This document shows positions 10,636 to 20,504 of a stretch of DNA of 64,000 nt, piece by piece. This DNA comes from an uncultured Bacilli bacterium (GTDB lineage Bacteria; Bacillota_I; Bacilli_A; RF39; UBA660). Position numbers and translations under genes: made by a program. The first letter of the stretch is position 1. Every line of letters starts with the position of its first letter. Where the stretch lies: the NCBI GenBank assembly GCA_910587065.1, contig CAJUMA010000003.1, positions 92,602 through 156,601 of the forward strand. Reading direction: 5' to 3'. The notes under the pieces were generated by a model. The model had not been told where the DNA came from, ran no database searches, and saw only the letters and a list, made by a program, of their open reading frames with translations.

Positions 10636-11372
10636 AGTCATTTTATATAACTGATTCGGGAAGAGTGAGAAGTCATAACGAAGACTCTGTCACAATTGTA
10701 AAAAACGCAGCTTCTGAGCATTTAATGATTGTTGCTGATGGAATGGGTGGACATCGTGCTGGAGAAGTGGCTTCTTCAATGGTAGTAACTCAAATAGGTT
10801 CAAAGTTTAAAGCTTTATCAACAATCGGTACTAAAAGAGATGCTATTAATTGGTTAAAAGAAAATGTTCAAGAAACGAACAATAATATTATTAAATATAG
10901 TGATGAACACCCTGAATCTATGGGACTTGGAACAACTTGCGTAATGGCTCTTTTAACTGCCAATTTCTTACTTTTTGTAAATATTGGTGATTCAAGTGGC
11001 TTTGTTTTCAAAAATGGTAAACTAAAAAAAATTACGAGAGATCATACTCTAGTAAACTTTTTAGTAGAAACCGGTGATTTATCAGAAGCAGAAGCGGAAA
11101 ATCATCCAAAGAAAAATGTTCTTATGAAGGCACTAGGTGCTGCCGATCAGTGCGAAATAGATATATTTGAAGTTGAAACAGATATAGATGCAATTATGCT
11201 TTGCAGTGATGGTTTAACAAATATGTTAGCACAAGATCAAATAGAAAAAGTTTTGAATGAAACAGAAATAACTGTAGAAGATAAGTTGATAAAATTAATA
11301 AAGAAATGCAACGTTAGAGGTGGAACAGATAATATATCAATTGCTTATCTTGTCAAAGAAAGAGAGGCATAA
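10632..11372 (+). CDS. stp: PP2C-family Ser/Thr protein phosphatase (Stp/PrpC)
   Basis: N-terminal [12 protein letters not shown] and metal-binding [14 protein letters not shown] motifs. Translationally coupled to rlmN (4-nt overlap) and immediately upstream of prkC, matching the conserved Firmicute arrangement. Confidence 0.85.
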   Translation: MKSFYITDSGRVRSHNEDSVTIVKNAASEHLMIVADGMGGHRAGEVASSMVVTQIGSKFKALSTIGTKRDAINWLKENVQETNNNIIKYSDEHPESMGLGTTCVMALLTANFLLFVNIGDSSGFVFKNGKLKKITRDHTLVNFLVETGDLSEAEAENHPKKNVLMKALGAADQCEIDIFEVETDIDAIMLCSDGLTNMLAQDQIEKVLNETEITVEDKLIKLIKKCNVRGGTDNISIAYLVKEREA

Positions 11373-11374
11373 AC

Positions 11375-13171
11375 ATGATAATGAAAGGTCAAAAGATAAA
11401 CGACCGTTATCAAATCATCAAGACAATTGGTGAAGGCGGAATGGCTAATGTTTATCTTGCATATGATACTATTCTTGATCGTAATGTTGCAGTAAAGGTT
11501 TTAAGAGGAGACTTAGCAACTGATGAGAAGTTCGTTAGACGTTTCCAAAGAGAGGCTTTATCAGCATCTAGTTTAAGCCATCCAAATATAGTAGAAGTGT
11601 ATGATGTAGGGGAAGACAATGGCTCATATTATATCGTTATGGAATATATTGAAGGAAAACACTTAAAACAACTTCTAAAAAAACGCGGAAATCTAACATT
11701 GACTGAAGTTGTTGACATAATGCTTCAAGTTACCGATGGAATGTCTGCTGCACATGATTCATATATAATTCACCGCGATATTAAACCGCAAAACATTATG
11801 ATACTTGAAAATGGTCTTATTAAGATAACTGATTTTGGTATTGCTATGGCTCTTAATTCAACTCAGTTAACGCAAACAAATTCAGTTATGGGCTCTGTTC
11901 ATTATTTGCCACCAGAACAAGCGAGTGGTAAAGGCGCAACTATTCAAAGTGATGTATACTCAATGGGCATTTTAATGTATGAACTTTTAACTGGATCATT
12001 ACCTTTTAGAGGCGATAATGCTGTTGAAATAGCTTTAAAACACATTAAAGAGCCTTTTCCAAGCGTTAGAGATAAAGTCCCAAATTTACCGCAATCAATT
12101 GAAAACATTATAATGCGAGCAACGGCTAAAAATGTTAAAAATAGATATGCTGATGCAAAAGAACTTCATGATGATTTAAAAACAGCCTTATCTGATTCAC
12201 GTGCTAGTGAACCTAAATATATTTTTAAATATCCAGAGGATGAAACAGATTCATCAAAAAAGAAAAAAGAAGTAATAAATGCCGAAATTATAAAAGAACC
12301 AACGGAAAAAGTAAAACCGTCAAAGGAAAAAACAAAAGAAAAAGTAAAAGAAGAAACGGGAGAGATAGATATTAAAGCTAAACAAATAACAGAAAGAGAT
12401 TTAAAGAAAAAAGAAAATAAATTATTGTTAATACTTGCTATTGTTTTTACTGCAATTGTTGTAGTAGTAACAACTTTAGTGTTATTGGTTCCTAAATTTA
12501 CAAGGGTAAAAAGTTATGAAATACCTGATGTTTCTAATTTAACAGTTCTCGAAGCAGAAAATAAACTACAAGAATTAGGCTTTGAAATAGATGAAGAACA
12601 AAAGGAAGTTTCATCTTCAGAAATCGAATCTGGTCATGTTGTTAGAACTTCTCCTCAAGCTGGAAGTAAAAGAAAAGTTGGAGCAATAATAACCTTGTAT
12701 GTTTCATCAGGTGAACATGGGTATGCGGTTGAGGATTTAGCTGGGCAAAATGCAACAGAAGTAAAAGCCGTTTTAGAAAAAATGTATAATTTATATGTTA
12801 TTTTAAAAGAAGAGGAAAACGATACGGCAAATGTTAATGAAATAATTCGTACTGAGCCCGGTGTAGGAACAACTCTTACAGAAGGAGATACAATTACAAT
12901 ATATGTTCCTAATAAGACTAGTGACTATCCAGACTTTACAACAGGCTCCTATTCTCTAAAAGAAATAGAAGCTTGGTGTGAAAAATATAATGTTACTTTA
13001 GTTCCAGTTTATAATCCTACAGATGAATATGCACCAGGGACCATATATGATCAATCGCAAAAAGCTGGAACATCAGCAATGCCAAATCAAACATTAAAAA
13101 TCTATATTGCTGAAGAATTAGCAAATGATGATCCTAATGCCGAAGCTCCAGTTGATAATGGAGAAGAATAG
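11375..13171 (+). CDS. prkC: Hanks-type Ser/Thr protein kinase with PASTA repeats (PrkC)
   Basis: Kinase subdomains GEGGMANVY, VAVK, HRDIKPQNIM, DFGIA, and PE. Single TM helix (LLILAIVFTAIVVVVTTLVLLV). C-terminal PASTA-like repeats. Confidence 0.85.
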   Translation: MIMKGQKINDRYQIIKTIGEGGMANVYLAYDTILDRNVAVKVLRGDLATDEKFVRRFQREALSASSLSHPNIVEVYDVGEDNGSYYIVMEYIEGKHLKQLLKKRGNLTLTEVVDIMLQVTDGMSAAHDSYIIHRDIKPQNIMILENGLIKITDFGIAMALNSTQLTQTNSVMGSVHYLPPEQASGKGATIQSDVYSMGILMYELLTGSLPFRGDNAVEIALKHIKEPFPSVRDKVPNLPQSIENIIMRATAKNVKNRYADAKELHDDLKTALSDSRASEPKYIFKYPEDETDSSKKKKEVINAEIIKEPTEKVKPSKEKTKEKVKEETGEIDIKAKQITERDLKKKENKLLLILAIVFTAIVVVVTTLVLLVPKFTRVKSYEIPDVSNLTVLEAENKLQELGFEIDEEQKEVSSSEIESGHVVRTSPQAGSKRKVGAIITLYVSSGEHGYAVEDLAGQNATEVKAVLEKMYNLYVILKEEENDTANVNEIIRTEPGVGTTLTEGDTITIYVPNKTSDYPDFTTGSYSLKEIEAWCEKYNVTLVPVYNPTDEYAPGTIYDQSQKAGTSAMPNQTLKIYIAEELANDDPNAEAPVDNGEE

Positions 13172-14020
13172 ATGACTGGAAGAATTATTAAGAATATTAG
13201 TAATTTGTATACGGTTGAGGCAAATGGAAAAAACTACGATTGCCATCCTCGAGGAATATTCAGAAAAAACAATGAAATTCCTCTAGTTGGTGACATTGTT
13301 GAATTCGATTCAAACGAATTAGTTATAAATCGCATTTTTGATAGAACGAATGAGTTAAAAAGGCCTGCAATAGCTAATGTCGATATATGCATAATTGTTA
13401 CAAGTTTAAAAGAGCCTGATTACTCAGCAACATTATTAGATAAAATGTTAACCAATGTAATTCTATCTAATATTGAACCGATAATTGTGTTTTCAAAATA
13501 TGATTTATTGAGCGAAAAAGAAGAACATGCCTTTAATGAAATAATTAAGTATTATAAAAGTATTGGCATAAAAACGTTTTTAAATACGGAGATTTCTTCT
13601 CTAGAAGATGTAATAAGCAATAAAACAGTAACTCTTACTGGGCAGACTGGAGCAGGAAAATCAACAATAATAAACAAATTGGATTCAAGCTTAAATTTAA
13701 AGACAGATGAAATATCTCTTGCTTTAGGTAGGGGAAAACACACAACAAGACACGTAGAACTTTTTAAGGTAAACGATTATTATATTGCCGACACTCCAGG
13801 TTTTTCTGCTTTGGATGTAATAGATGATAAAGAAAACATTCGCTTTGCCTTTTATGAATTTAACCATGATTCATGCAAGTTTAGAGACTGTAAACATTTA
13901 AATGAAGTAGGTTGCCAAGTAAAAGAAGATGTTAAATCAGGTAAAATATTAAAAAGCAGATATGAAAGTTACAAGGGGATGATGGAAAATGAAAATATCA
14001 GTAACATTTCTAAAAAGTAA
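13172..14020 (+). CDS. rsgA: ribosome small-subunit-dependent GTPase A (circularly permuted GTPase RsgA/CpgA)
   Basis: Permuted G-motif order: G4-like VFSKYDL comes before G1 GQTGAGKST. C-terminal zinc-finger cysteines (C..C..H..C). Position after prkC as in B. subtilis. Confidence 0.8.
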   Translation: MTGRIIKNISNLYTVEANGKNYDCHPRGIFRKNNEIPLVGDIVEFDSNELVINRIFDRTNELKRPAIANVDICIIVTSLKEPDYSATLLDKMLTNVILSNIEPIIVFSKYDLLSEKEEHAFNEIIKYYKSIGIKTFLNTEISSLEDVISNKTVTLTGQTGAGKSTIINKLDSSLNLKTDEISLALGRGKHTTRHVELFKVNDYYIADTPGFSALDVIDDKENIRFAFYEFNHDSCKFRDCKHLNEVGCQVKEDVKSGKILKSRYESYKGMMENENISNISKK

Positions 14021-14618
14021 ATATGAACGTAAAAAGACTATTGAAGAAATATTAAAAACTGATGCTGATTATATTCATGTAGATATAATGGATGGGAAGT
14101 TTGTTGAAAGAACTGTTTTAAGTATAGAAGAAACACAAAATCTATTTAATAATTGTTCTAAACCACTAGACATTCATCTTATGTGTTCCCATCCTGAAGA
14201 TTATATTGAGGCATCAAGAAACCTAAATGTTTCTTATATAACCATACATGCCGAAATAGACGACGATTTAGATGAACTGATTGAAATAATACATAGTTTG
14301 GGAATAAAAGCTGGATTAGCAATAAATCCTGATACGACGATTTCATCAATTGAAAAGTATTTAGAAAGAATTGAAAATGTCTTGATTATGGGAGTAAATC
14401 CAGGGTATGGAGGTCAGTCACTAATACCATCAACTGTGGATAAAATATCAGAACTTAAGAAGTTACGTGAAGATAAAAATTATCATTATCAAATATCTTT
14501 AGATGGGGGAGTTAATTTAGAAACTCGTAAAATGTTAGATGACTTAGATATTGTCGTTGCTGGTAGTTACATATGTGAGTCTAACGATTATCAAAAGCAA
14601 ATTGATACATTAAGATAA
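13989..14618 (+). CDS. rpe: ribulose-phosphate 3-epimerase family protein
   Basis: HVDIMDG, DIHLM, MGVNPGYGGQ, and LDGG motifs match the Rpe metal- and substrate-binding blocks. Synteny rsgA-rpe. Overlaps the rsgA 3' end in another frame. Confidence 0.7.
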   Translation: MKISVTFLKSKYERKKTIEEILKTDADYIHVDIMDGKFVERTVLSIEETQNLFNNCSKPLDIHLMCSHPEDYIEASRNLNVSYITIHAEIDDDLDELIEIIHSLGIKAGLAINPDTTISSIEKYLERIENVLIMGVNPGYGGQSLIPSTVDKISELKKLREDKNYHYQISLDGGVNLETRKMLDDLDIVVAGSYICESNDYQKQIDTLR

Positions 14619-14666
14619 AAACTTAATGTGTTTTTTTGCCTAAACAAAAAAAAGGAGTGTTTATAA

Positions 14667-15242
14667 ATGAATATAGTAGAATATAAAGAAAACATGGGGA
14701 AAAGATTACTTGAAGGATTAATGCAAATGGAAGCAGAAGATGAAAGCTCACTTTGTTATATTGAGTACTTAACTGAGTATGGCGCAGATGTTGACTATCA
14801 AGATCCAAAAACTGGATATACTCCAATTATGGTAGCCATTGAACATAATTTAGAAAAATCTTTTGATAATATTTTAAGTTTTGAACCAAATCTGGAAGCT
14901 GCCAATTTCTGGGGAATTAAGCCAATACACCTTGCTGCTGCTCAAGAAAATCAGCATTATCTACGATCTTTATGCAAAAAAAGAGTAGATGTTAATGCTT
15001 TTGATAAACATGGAAATCGTCCTTTAAATTATGCCATTAGGAAGGAAGTTGTTCCAAATATTCGAATTCTAATGAAAAGAAGTGAATCGCTAAACTATTT
15101 AAATAATGTAAGAAAATCAATATATGATGAAGCTCTTGAAACGCAAAATCAAGAAGTAATTGATTGTGTTTATCAAAAAGAAAGAGAAAATATAGTTAAA
15201 AGAGTCTTATTTCCATCAATTCAAGGGAAAACTTCCAAATAA
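14667..15242 (+). CDS. ankyrin-repeat protein
   Basis: Three to four ankyrin-like repeats (G.TPIMVAIEHN, G.KPIHLAAAQEN, GNRPLNYAIRK). Strong RBS AAGGAG. Confidence 0.6.
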   Translation: MNIVEYKENMGKRLLEGLMQMEAEDESSLCYIEYLTEYGADVDYQDPKTGYTPIMVAIEHNLEKSFDNILSFEPNLEAANFWGIKPIHLAAAQENQHYLRSLCKKRVDVNAFDKHGNRPLNYAIRKEVVPNIRILMKRSESLNYLNNVRKSIYDEALETQNQEVIDCVYQKERENIVKRVLFPSIQGKTSK

Positions 15243-15278
15243 CGCTTAATTATGTTATAGTGTATATGTGATTAAAAT

Positions 15279-16559
15279 ATGAAGTATGAAAGTGTACTAG
15301 ACTTAATTTTTATTTTTTTGATATATTCCGTAATTGGATGGGTACTTGAAGTAGTTGCTGTTGCCATAAAAGAAGGAAAATTTGTTAATCGGGGAATAAC
15401 CAATGGACCAATGTGTCCTATATATGGACTTTGTTCGATAATTATTTTACTGATTACCCGTGATGTTGAAAATATTTTTGGTATATTTTTAGCATCAGTT
15501 ATTTACGGAACATTTTTAGAGTTTTTAACAGGTAAAATTCTTGAAAAAATAGATAAGGCTAGATGGTGGAACTATTCTAAGAAAAAATTTAATTTTGATG
15601 GTTATATTTGTTTAGAGTATTCCTTACTTTGGGGTGTACTCGGAGTATTATTGGTAAAAGTAATCAACCCAATATTCTTAACGACTTTTCAAAATATTAA
15701 TCTTTTTATTAGAAGTATAATTTGCTTTGGCTTAATGTCCATCGCGACAATTGATTTATTAACATCATTTATAACTATAAAAATAATAAATACGCATCGT
15801 CTTGAAAATATTTCCAATAGATTAGGTAATAGTATACTAACATCAATTAAAAAAAGGATTGAAAATGTTTATCCAAACGTAAAAAACAAACGTAAAACAA
15901 AAATTAAATCTGATACATTTGCCGAAGGGATAAATTTTTATAAATTATTTCTAATATTTCTAATTGGTGCTTTTATTGGTGATATATGCGAAATAATATA
16001 TTGTCGATTCTCAATGCACAGATGGATGAGCAGATCATCTCTTGTTTTTGGACAGCTGTCCATTGTTTGGGGGATGGGTATGGCTCTTGCAACACTATGT
16101 TTGCATCGTTATAAGGATAAGAATAATGGAACAATATTTATTGCTGGAAGTATAATGGGTGGAGCTTTTGAATATATCTGTAGTGTTTTTACGGAAGTGT
16201 TCTTTGGCACTATATTTTGGGATTATCATCATTTGCCGCTTAACTTGAATGGAAGAATTAATTTATTGTTCTGTTTCTTTTGGGGGATTGCTGCGGTGAT
16301 ATTTATTAAATATATTTATCCGCCAATGTCAGCACTAATCGAAAAAATACCCAAAAGAGTTGGAGCTCTCGTTACAAATGTCTTATTTATTTTTATTGTT
16401 ATAGATCTTCTAATAACGGGATGTGTAATGATGCGTTATAATACAAGAAAAGAGGGTGTAGAAGCAACAAATATTATTGAGAAATTGTGTGATAAATATG
16501 CCCCCGATGAATATATGAAAAAAAGATGGTCAAATATGAAAAATGTTATAAAGGAGTAA
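15279..16559 (+). CDS. polytopic membrane protein, tandem duplication of a CmpB-like (putative ABC-transporter type IV) domain
   Basis: N-terminal half IYSVIGWVLEVV...NRGITNGPMCPIYG and C-terminal half GAFIGDICEIIYC...SLVFGQLSIVWG are homologous repeats, each with several TM helices. Confidence 0.5.
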   Translation: MKYESVLDLIFIFLIYSVIGWVLEVVAVAIKEGKFVNRGITNGPMCPIYGLCSIIILLITRDVENIFGIFLASVIYGTFLEFLTGKILEKIDKARWWNYSKKKFNFDGYICLEYSLLWGVLGVLLVKVINPIFLTTFQNINLFIRSIICFGLMSIATIDLLTSFITIKIINTHRLENISNRLGNSILTSIKKRIENVYPNVKNKRKTKIKSDTFAEGINFYKLFLIFLIGAFIGDICEIIYCRFSMHRWMSRSSLVFGQLSIVWGMGMALATLCLHRYKDKNNGTIFIAGSIMGGAFEYICSVFTEVFFGTIFWDYHHLPLNLNGRINLLFCFFWGIAAVIFIKYIYPPMSALIEKIPKRVGALVTNVLFIFIVIDLLITGCVMMRYNTRKEGVEATNIIEKLCDKYAPDEYMKKRWSNMKNVIKE

Positions 16560-16563
16560 AATT

Positions 16564-17460
16564 ATGAAGAAAATAAAGGATTATATAATAAATATGTTTA
16601 ATGGATTTTGTATGGCACTTGCCGATTCAGTACCTGGAGTATCAGGAGGAACAATAGCTTTTCTTCTAGGTTTTTATGATATGTTCATTAACTCTTTAGA
16701 TGATATCTTTAGAGGAAATATGAAAGCGAAGAAAAAAGCTTTAACTTTTTTAATTAAATTGGGAATAGGCTGGGTAATAGGCTTCTTAGCATCAGCTACT
16801 ATTCTTTCAAATCTTTTTACAACGAAGATTTATGCTATGTCTTCCCTTTTTATAGGGTTTATTCTTGCAGCCATCCCTTTAATAATAAAGCAAGAACAAG
16901 ATTCTTTTAAAGGGAAATACAAGAATATCGTATTTGCAGTTTTGGGAATAGCCTTAGTAGTTGGCATTACTCTTTTAAGTAGTAACACTTTAATTGATGT
17001 TAATGTAAGTAAACCAAATTTATTTACATACCTTTATGTAATGGTTGCAGCATCTATCTCTATAACAGCTATGGTGCTTCCAGGAATTTCTGGTTCAACT
17101 TTACTATTAGTATTTGGGTTATACATCCCAATAATGTCATCAATCAAAGAATTTTTAACATTAAACTTTTCTGTATTACCTATACTTATTGTCTTTGGTA
17201 TAGGAGTATTATTTGGAATAGTATTCTTTGTTAAATTACTAAGAATTGGCTTAAAGAAATATAGAAGTCAAATTTGTTATACAATAATAGGTATGATGAT
17301 AGGTTCTCTATATTCAATAGTTATGGGACCAACGACTTTAGAAGAACCATTAAAAATGTTAACGTTTAAAAACTTTGACATAATTTTCTTTATAATAGGA
17401 ATAATAATAATATATTTACTTGAATTTGCCAGAATCAAGTTAAATAAAAAACAAATGTAA
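16564..17460 (+). CDS. DUF368-family membrane protein (UptA/PopT-like polyprenyl-phosphate transporter family)
   Basis: Two internal repeats carry the P-G-[VI]-S-G-[GS]-T signature (VPGVSGGTIAFLLGFY and LPGISGSTLLLVFGLY). About 8 TM helices. Confidence 0.6.
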   Translation: MKKIKDYIINMFNGFCMALADSVPGVSGGTIAFLLGFYDMFINSLDDIFRGNMKAKKKALTFLIKLGIGWVIGFLASATILSNLFTTKIYAMSSLFIGFILAAIPLIIKQEQDSFKGKYKNIVFAVLGIALVVGITLLSSNTLIDVNVSKPNLFTYLYVMVAASISITAMVLPGISGSTLLLVFGLYIPIMSSIKEFLTLNFSVLPILIVFGIGVLFGIVFFVKLLRIGLKKYRSQICYTIIGMMIGSLYSIVMGPTTLEEPLKMLTFKNFDIIFFIIGIIIIYLLEFARIKLNKKQM

Positions 17461-17555
17461 ACTTTGTTAATAAAATGTCGAATAATGTTGATAAATGGAA
17501 TAATTGTGATAAAATCAAATTATAAGACAATAATAGAAGAGGAGAGGAAGTTTTT

Positions 17556-18176
17556 ATGAAAGGAAAAACAAAGAAAAGTATTATAGTTTTAGTAGTGTTA
17601 CTAGCAATCGGATTTGCAGCTGTATCAACTACACTTTACATTAATGGTGTAATCCATTTAGGAGCAAATCAAGAGAATTTTGAAAACAATTTAATATTCA
17701 CAAGAGCATCATTAGATTACAGTGATGAAACTAAAACTGATATTTCAGATGTAACTGGTGAAGGAGCTGAAGGAGATAAATTAAGAATTGTCAACAACGG
17801 AAAAGCAATCGAATTCACAACAGAAACATTAAAAAACATTGGTGAATCAGTAACATTATCATATGATATAACTAATAATTCTCAATATGGTGCAGAATTT
17901 ACAGGAATAACTTGTGATGTTTATGATGGAACAGAAGTTGATGAAGCTAATAAGAATACAAATCCAGAGTATATTAGACTTGAAGTTCAAGATTTCAAAA
18001 ATCCTTTAGGTGAAGGTGAAACTGAAGCTACTAACAAGAAAATATCTTCAAAAGGAGGAATTGAAAATCAAACAGTTAAAGTAACAATGAAAAAATCTTA
18101 TGTTGGTACTGAAACTGAAAATACTAAAACATATACAGTTAAATGTACTATTAACGCTTCTGGTTTAAGCGAATAA
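17556..18176 (+). CDS. secreted TasA/camelysin-like protein (SipW-cognate type signal peptide candidate)
   Basis: Lys-rich n-region plus h-region (KKSIIVLVVLLAIGFAAV). The mature region starts with FTRASLDYSD..., resembling the TasA/CalY F.sGTLDL block. Immediately upstream of a SipW-type peptidase gene. Confidence 0.5.
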   Translation: MKGKTKKSIIVLVVLLAIGFAAVSTTLYINGVIHLGANQENFENNLIFTRASLDYSDETKTDISDVTGEGAEGDKLRIVNNGKAIEFTTETLKNIGESVTLSYDITNNSQYGAEFTGITCDVYDGTEVDEANKNTNPEYIRLEVQDFKNPLGEGETEATNKKISSKGGIENQTVKVTMKKSYVGTETENTKTYTVKCTINASGLSE

Positions 18177-18209
18177 TTATTTAATTAAAAATTAAGAGTG
18201 GTGAGAAAT

Positions 18210-19343
18210 ATGTTTAAATATATATTGCAAATACTTTCAATTATATTAACAATTTCTCTTTTATTCTTTAACGTTTATATTGCTAAATCAATAGATTTTA
18301 TGTTTACTTTTTTAGTACTACTAGGAATGCTTCTAGTAAGCATTTTCTTGTTTGGCTATAGAAAAGTAGATAAAAGAGATTTTAAATATAAAGTTATACT
18401 TGTAGCAGGGTTAGCATTCTTGCTACAAAGCGTACTGTACTTAATTGGAACAAAGGTAGGATATACAGCAAATTACAGTTCAATGTTCAAAACCTATGTT
18501 GAAAAGAGAATTATCTTACTAGTGTTTCTTACAGTAATAGCAAGAGAAATCATACGTTATCTAGTAGTAAATATAAATACAGGTAAGAAATGGCAAAAGT
18601 ATGTAGTTCAAATATTATTAATATTAATGTGTGTGTTAGTAGATTTGTCTATATCTCCTAAGATATATACATTTACATCATTCTCATTAGTTTATGAATT
18701 TCTTGCATTATTTTTTATACCAAGTGTTGCAAAAAATATCTTACTAAATTATTTGAGTAATATTGGTGGATATGTATTAACATTCATATACATATTAATA
18801 ATGGATTTATATATTTACTTTTTATCAATCAAACCTGATTTAAATATGTTACTAGAGGCAGTTATTTTATTAGTTTTTCCATACGTTGTTTATAACTACG
18901 TTAACAAATTAAATAATGGAAGAATTATAGTAAAAAAAAGAGAAAGAAAAAAAGAAAACAAACTAGTCACAATACTTTCGGCAATTATATTTGGAATACT
19001 TGTATGTTTAGTATCAAGAGAATTCAAATATTCGATGATAGGTATAGGTTCTGAATCGATGACAGGAACTATAAATAAAGGTGATGCAATCATCTACAGA
19101 AGATATGAGAAAAACGAAAATATCAAGGATAAAGTAATTGTGTTTAGAAGAAATAATGTTATGATAGTCCATCGTGTCATAAAGGTTTATCCGCTCGATG
19201 GAGAAGCTGTCTATCAGACAAAAGGAGATAATAATGAATCTCAAGATAACTGGTTGGTTGAAGATAAGGATATTATCGGGGTTGTAGAAAAGAGAATACC
19301 ATTAATAGCTTGGCCATCCGTTTTACTAGGAGAAATATTTTAG
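18210..19343 (+). CDS. polytopic membrane domain fused to SipW-type (archaeal/ER-type S26) signal peptidase
   Basis: C-terminal ~120 aa: catalytic Ser region IGSESMTGTINKGD, the HRV motif (MIVHRVIKV), and GDNN. N-terminal ~260 aa has about 8 predicted TM helices with no recognisable family. ATG 18210 with an upstream RBS. Confidence 0.6.
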   Translation: MFKYILQILSIILTISLLFFNVYIAKSIDFMFTFLVLLGMLLVSIFLFGYRKVDKRDFKYKVILVAGLAFLLQSVLYLIGTKVGYTANYSSMFKTYVEKRIILLVFLTVIAREIIRYLVVNINTGKKWQKYVVQILLILMCVLVDLSISPKIYTFTSFSLVYEFLALFFIPSVAKNILLNYLSNIGGYVLTFIYILIMDLYIYFLSIKPDLNMLLEAVILLVFPYVVYNYVNKLNNGRIIVKKRERKKENKLVTILSAIIFGILVCLVSREFKYSMIGIGSESMTGTINKGDAIIYRRYEKNENIKDKVIVFRRNNVMIVHRVIKVYPLDGEAVYQTKGDNNESQDNWLVEDKDIIGVVEKRIPLIAWPSVLLGEIF

Positions 19344-19361
19344 ATTGAGAGTGATGTAAAG

Positions 19362-20447
19362 ATGGAAAAAGTAGAATTACCAATATTAAGAGGGAATAAT
19401 AGTAGAAAGTCAATACCATTGACTGTTACTGTAGGATTAATTATACTAATAGTTTTATTATTGATAACAAGTTTATCTTTAACTTTTAAGAAAACTTATA
19501 AAATTAATTACAGTGATTCATCGGCCTTAGATTATAAGGTTTATCTTAAGAACAATCCATTTTTCCCAACAAAATATTTAGAGAAAGATAAACAATATAT
19601 ATCTTCAATAATTGATTATGTTGATGCAGACTTCTCATATAAATTCTCAAGTGAAGATGATATTGACATAGATTATGAGTACTATATTTTAGCAACATTA
19701 AACGTTTCTAATACTGATGGAAAAATAATCTATGATAAAAAAGAATATTTACAAAGTAGTAAAAAAGTTACAGCTGAAAATAATTCTTTAAGTGTTAATG
19801 AAAATGTCAAAATTGATTATGACAAATACAATAAGATGGCTAAAAGTTTCATAGATGAATATGGACTTACTGCTAATGCTAACTTGGTAGTAAGCTTAAT
19901 GGTTGATGTTAGAGGAAAGAATTCTCATTTCGATAAAACAATATCTGATAATGGTGTAATTACACTAACTATACCACTAACTACTAAAACAGTTGATATA
20001 TCAATGGACTATGATTTATCGAATAACAAAAATGCAACTCTTCAACAAAGAGAAGCAATTATAAATAATAAAGCATTATTTACTGCTGGAATAATATTTA
20101 TTATAATTGATATACTAGCCATAATTGCTCTTGTAATATATATAATAATTACAAGAGACGAAAAGGAAAATTATCGTGTTACTCTAAATAAGATTTTAAG
20201 AGAGAACGAAAGATATATAAGTGAAACAGTTATAACCGAAAGAGTAGAAGATATGTTGAAAACTCGTTCACTAAGAATTGAAGTGGTTAAGAGCTTTAAT
20301 GCCTTAATGGATATAAGAGATAGTTTAAATAAACCAATTTTATATCATGAAGAAAAACTTGGTGAAGAAGCTGTATTCTATATCATAAGTGAACATATAG
20401 GTTACATTTATGTTATGAGTGTAGAAGATTTTAAGAAAAAGAAATAA
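19362..20447 (+). CDS. bitopic/two-TM membrane protein of unknown function (accessory to the SipW-like gene)
   Basis: TM1 near the N-terminus (LTVTVGLIILIVLLLITSL). Extracytoplasmic Tyr/Asp/Lys-rich region of ~190 aa. TM2 (ALFTAGIIFIIIDILAIIALVIYIII). Cytoplasmic tail of ~105 aa. Confidence 0.5.
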   Translation: MEKVELPILRGNNSRKSIPLTVTVGLIILIVLLLITSLSLTFKKTYKINYSDSSALDYKVYLKNNPFFPTKYLEKDKQYISSIIDYVDADFSYKFSSEDDIDIDYEYYILATLNVSNTDGKIIYDKKEYLQSSKKVTAENNSLSVNENVKIDYDKYNKMAKSFIDEYGLTANANLVVSLMVDVRGKNSHFDKTISDNGVITLTIPLTTKTVDISMDYDLSNNKNATLQQREAIINNKALFTAGIIFIIIDILAIIALVIYIIITRDEKENYRVTLNKILRENERYISETVITERVEDMLKTRSLRIEVVKSFNALMDIRDSLNKPILYHEEKLGEEAVFYIISEHIGYIYVMSVEDFKKKK

Positions 20448-20504
20448 TTATATTTCTTTTTTTTTTGTTTTTCTTTATAATAGAGATATGGATGAAGTGA
20501 TTAT

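Noticed and set aside
13552-13743. 63-aa minus ORF inside rsgA
   Set aside because: Antisense to a conserved GTPase gene.
13989-14618. Possible inactive Rpe paralog: DGKFV instead of the common DGHFV, and an unusual N-terminus ISVTFLKSKY
   Set aside because: The metal ligands expected for Rpe (HxD, DIHLM, LDGG) are all present. The His to Lys change is not at a ligand position as far as I recall, so there is no solid basis to call it non-functional.
14623-14826. 67-aa minus ORF overlapping the ankyrin gene start
   Set aside because: No RBS. Overlaps the well-supported + strand start and RBS region.
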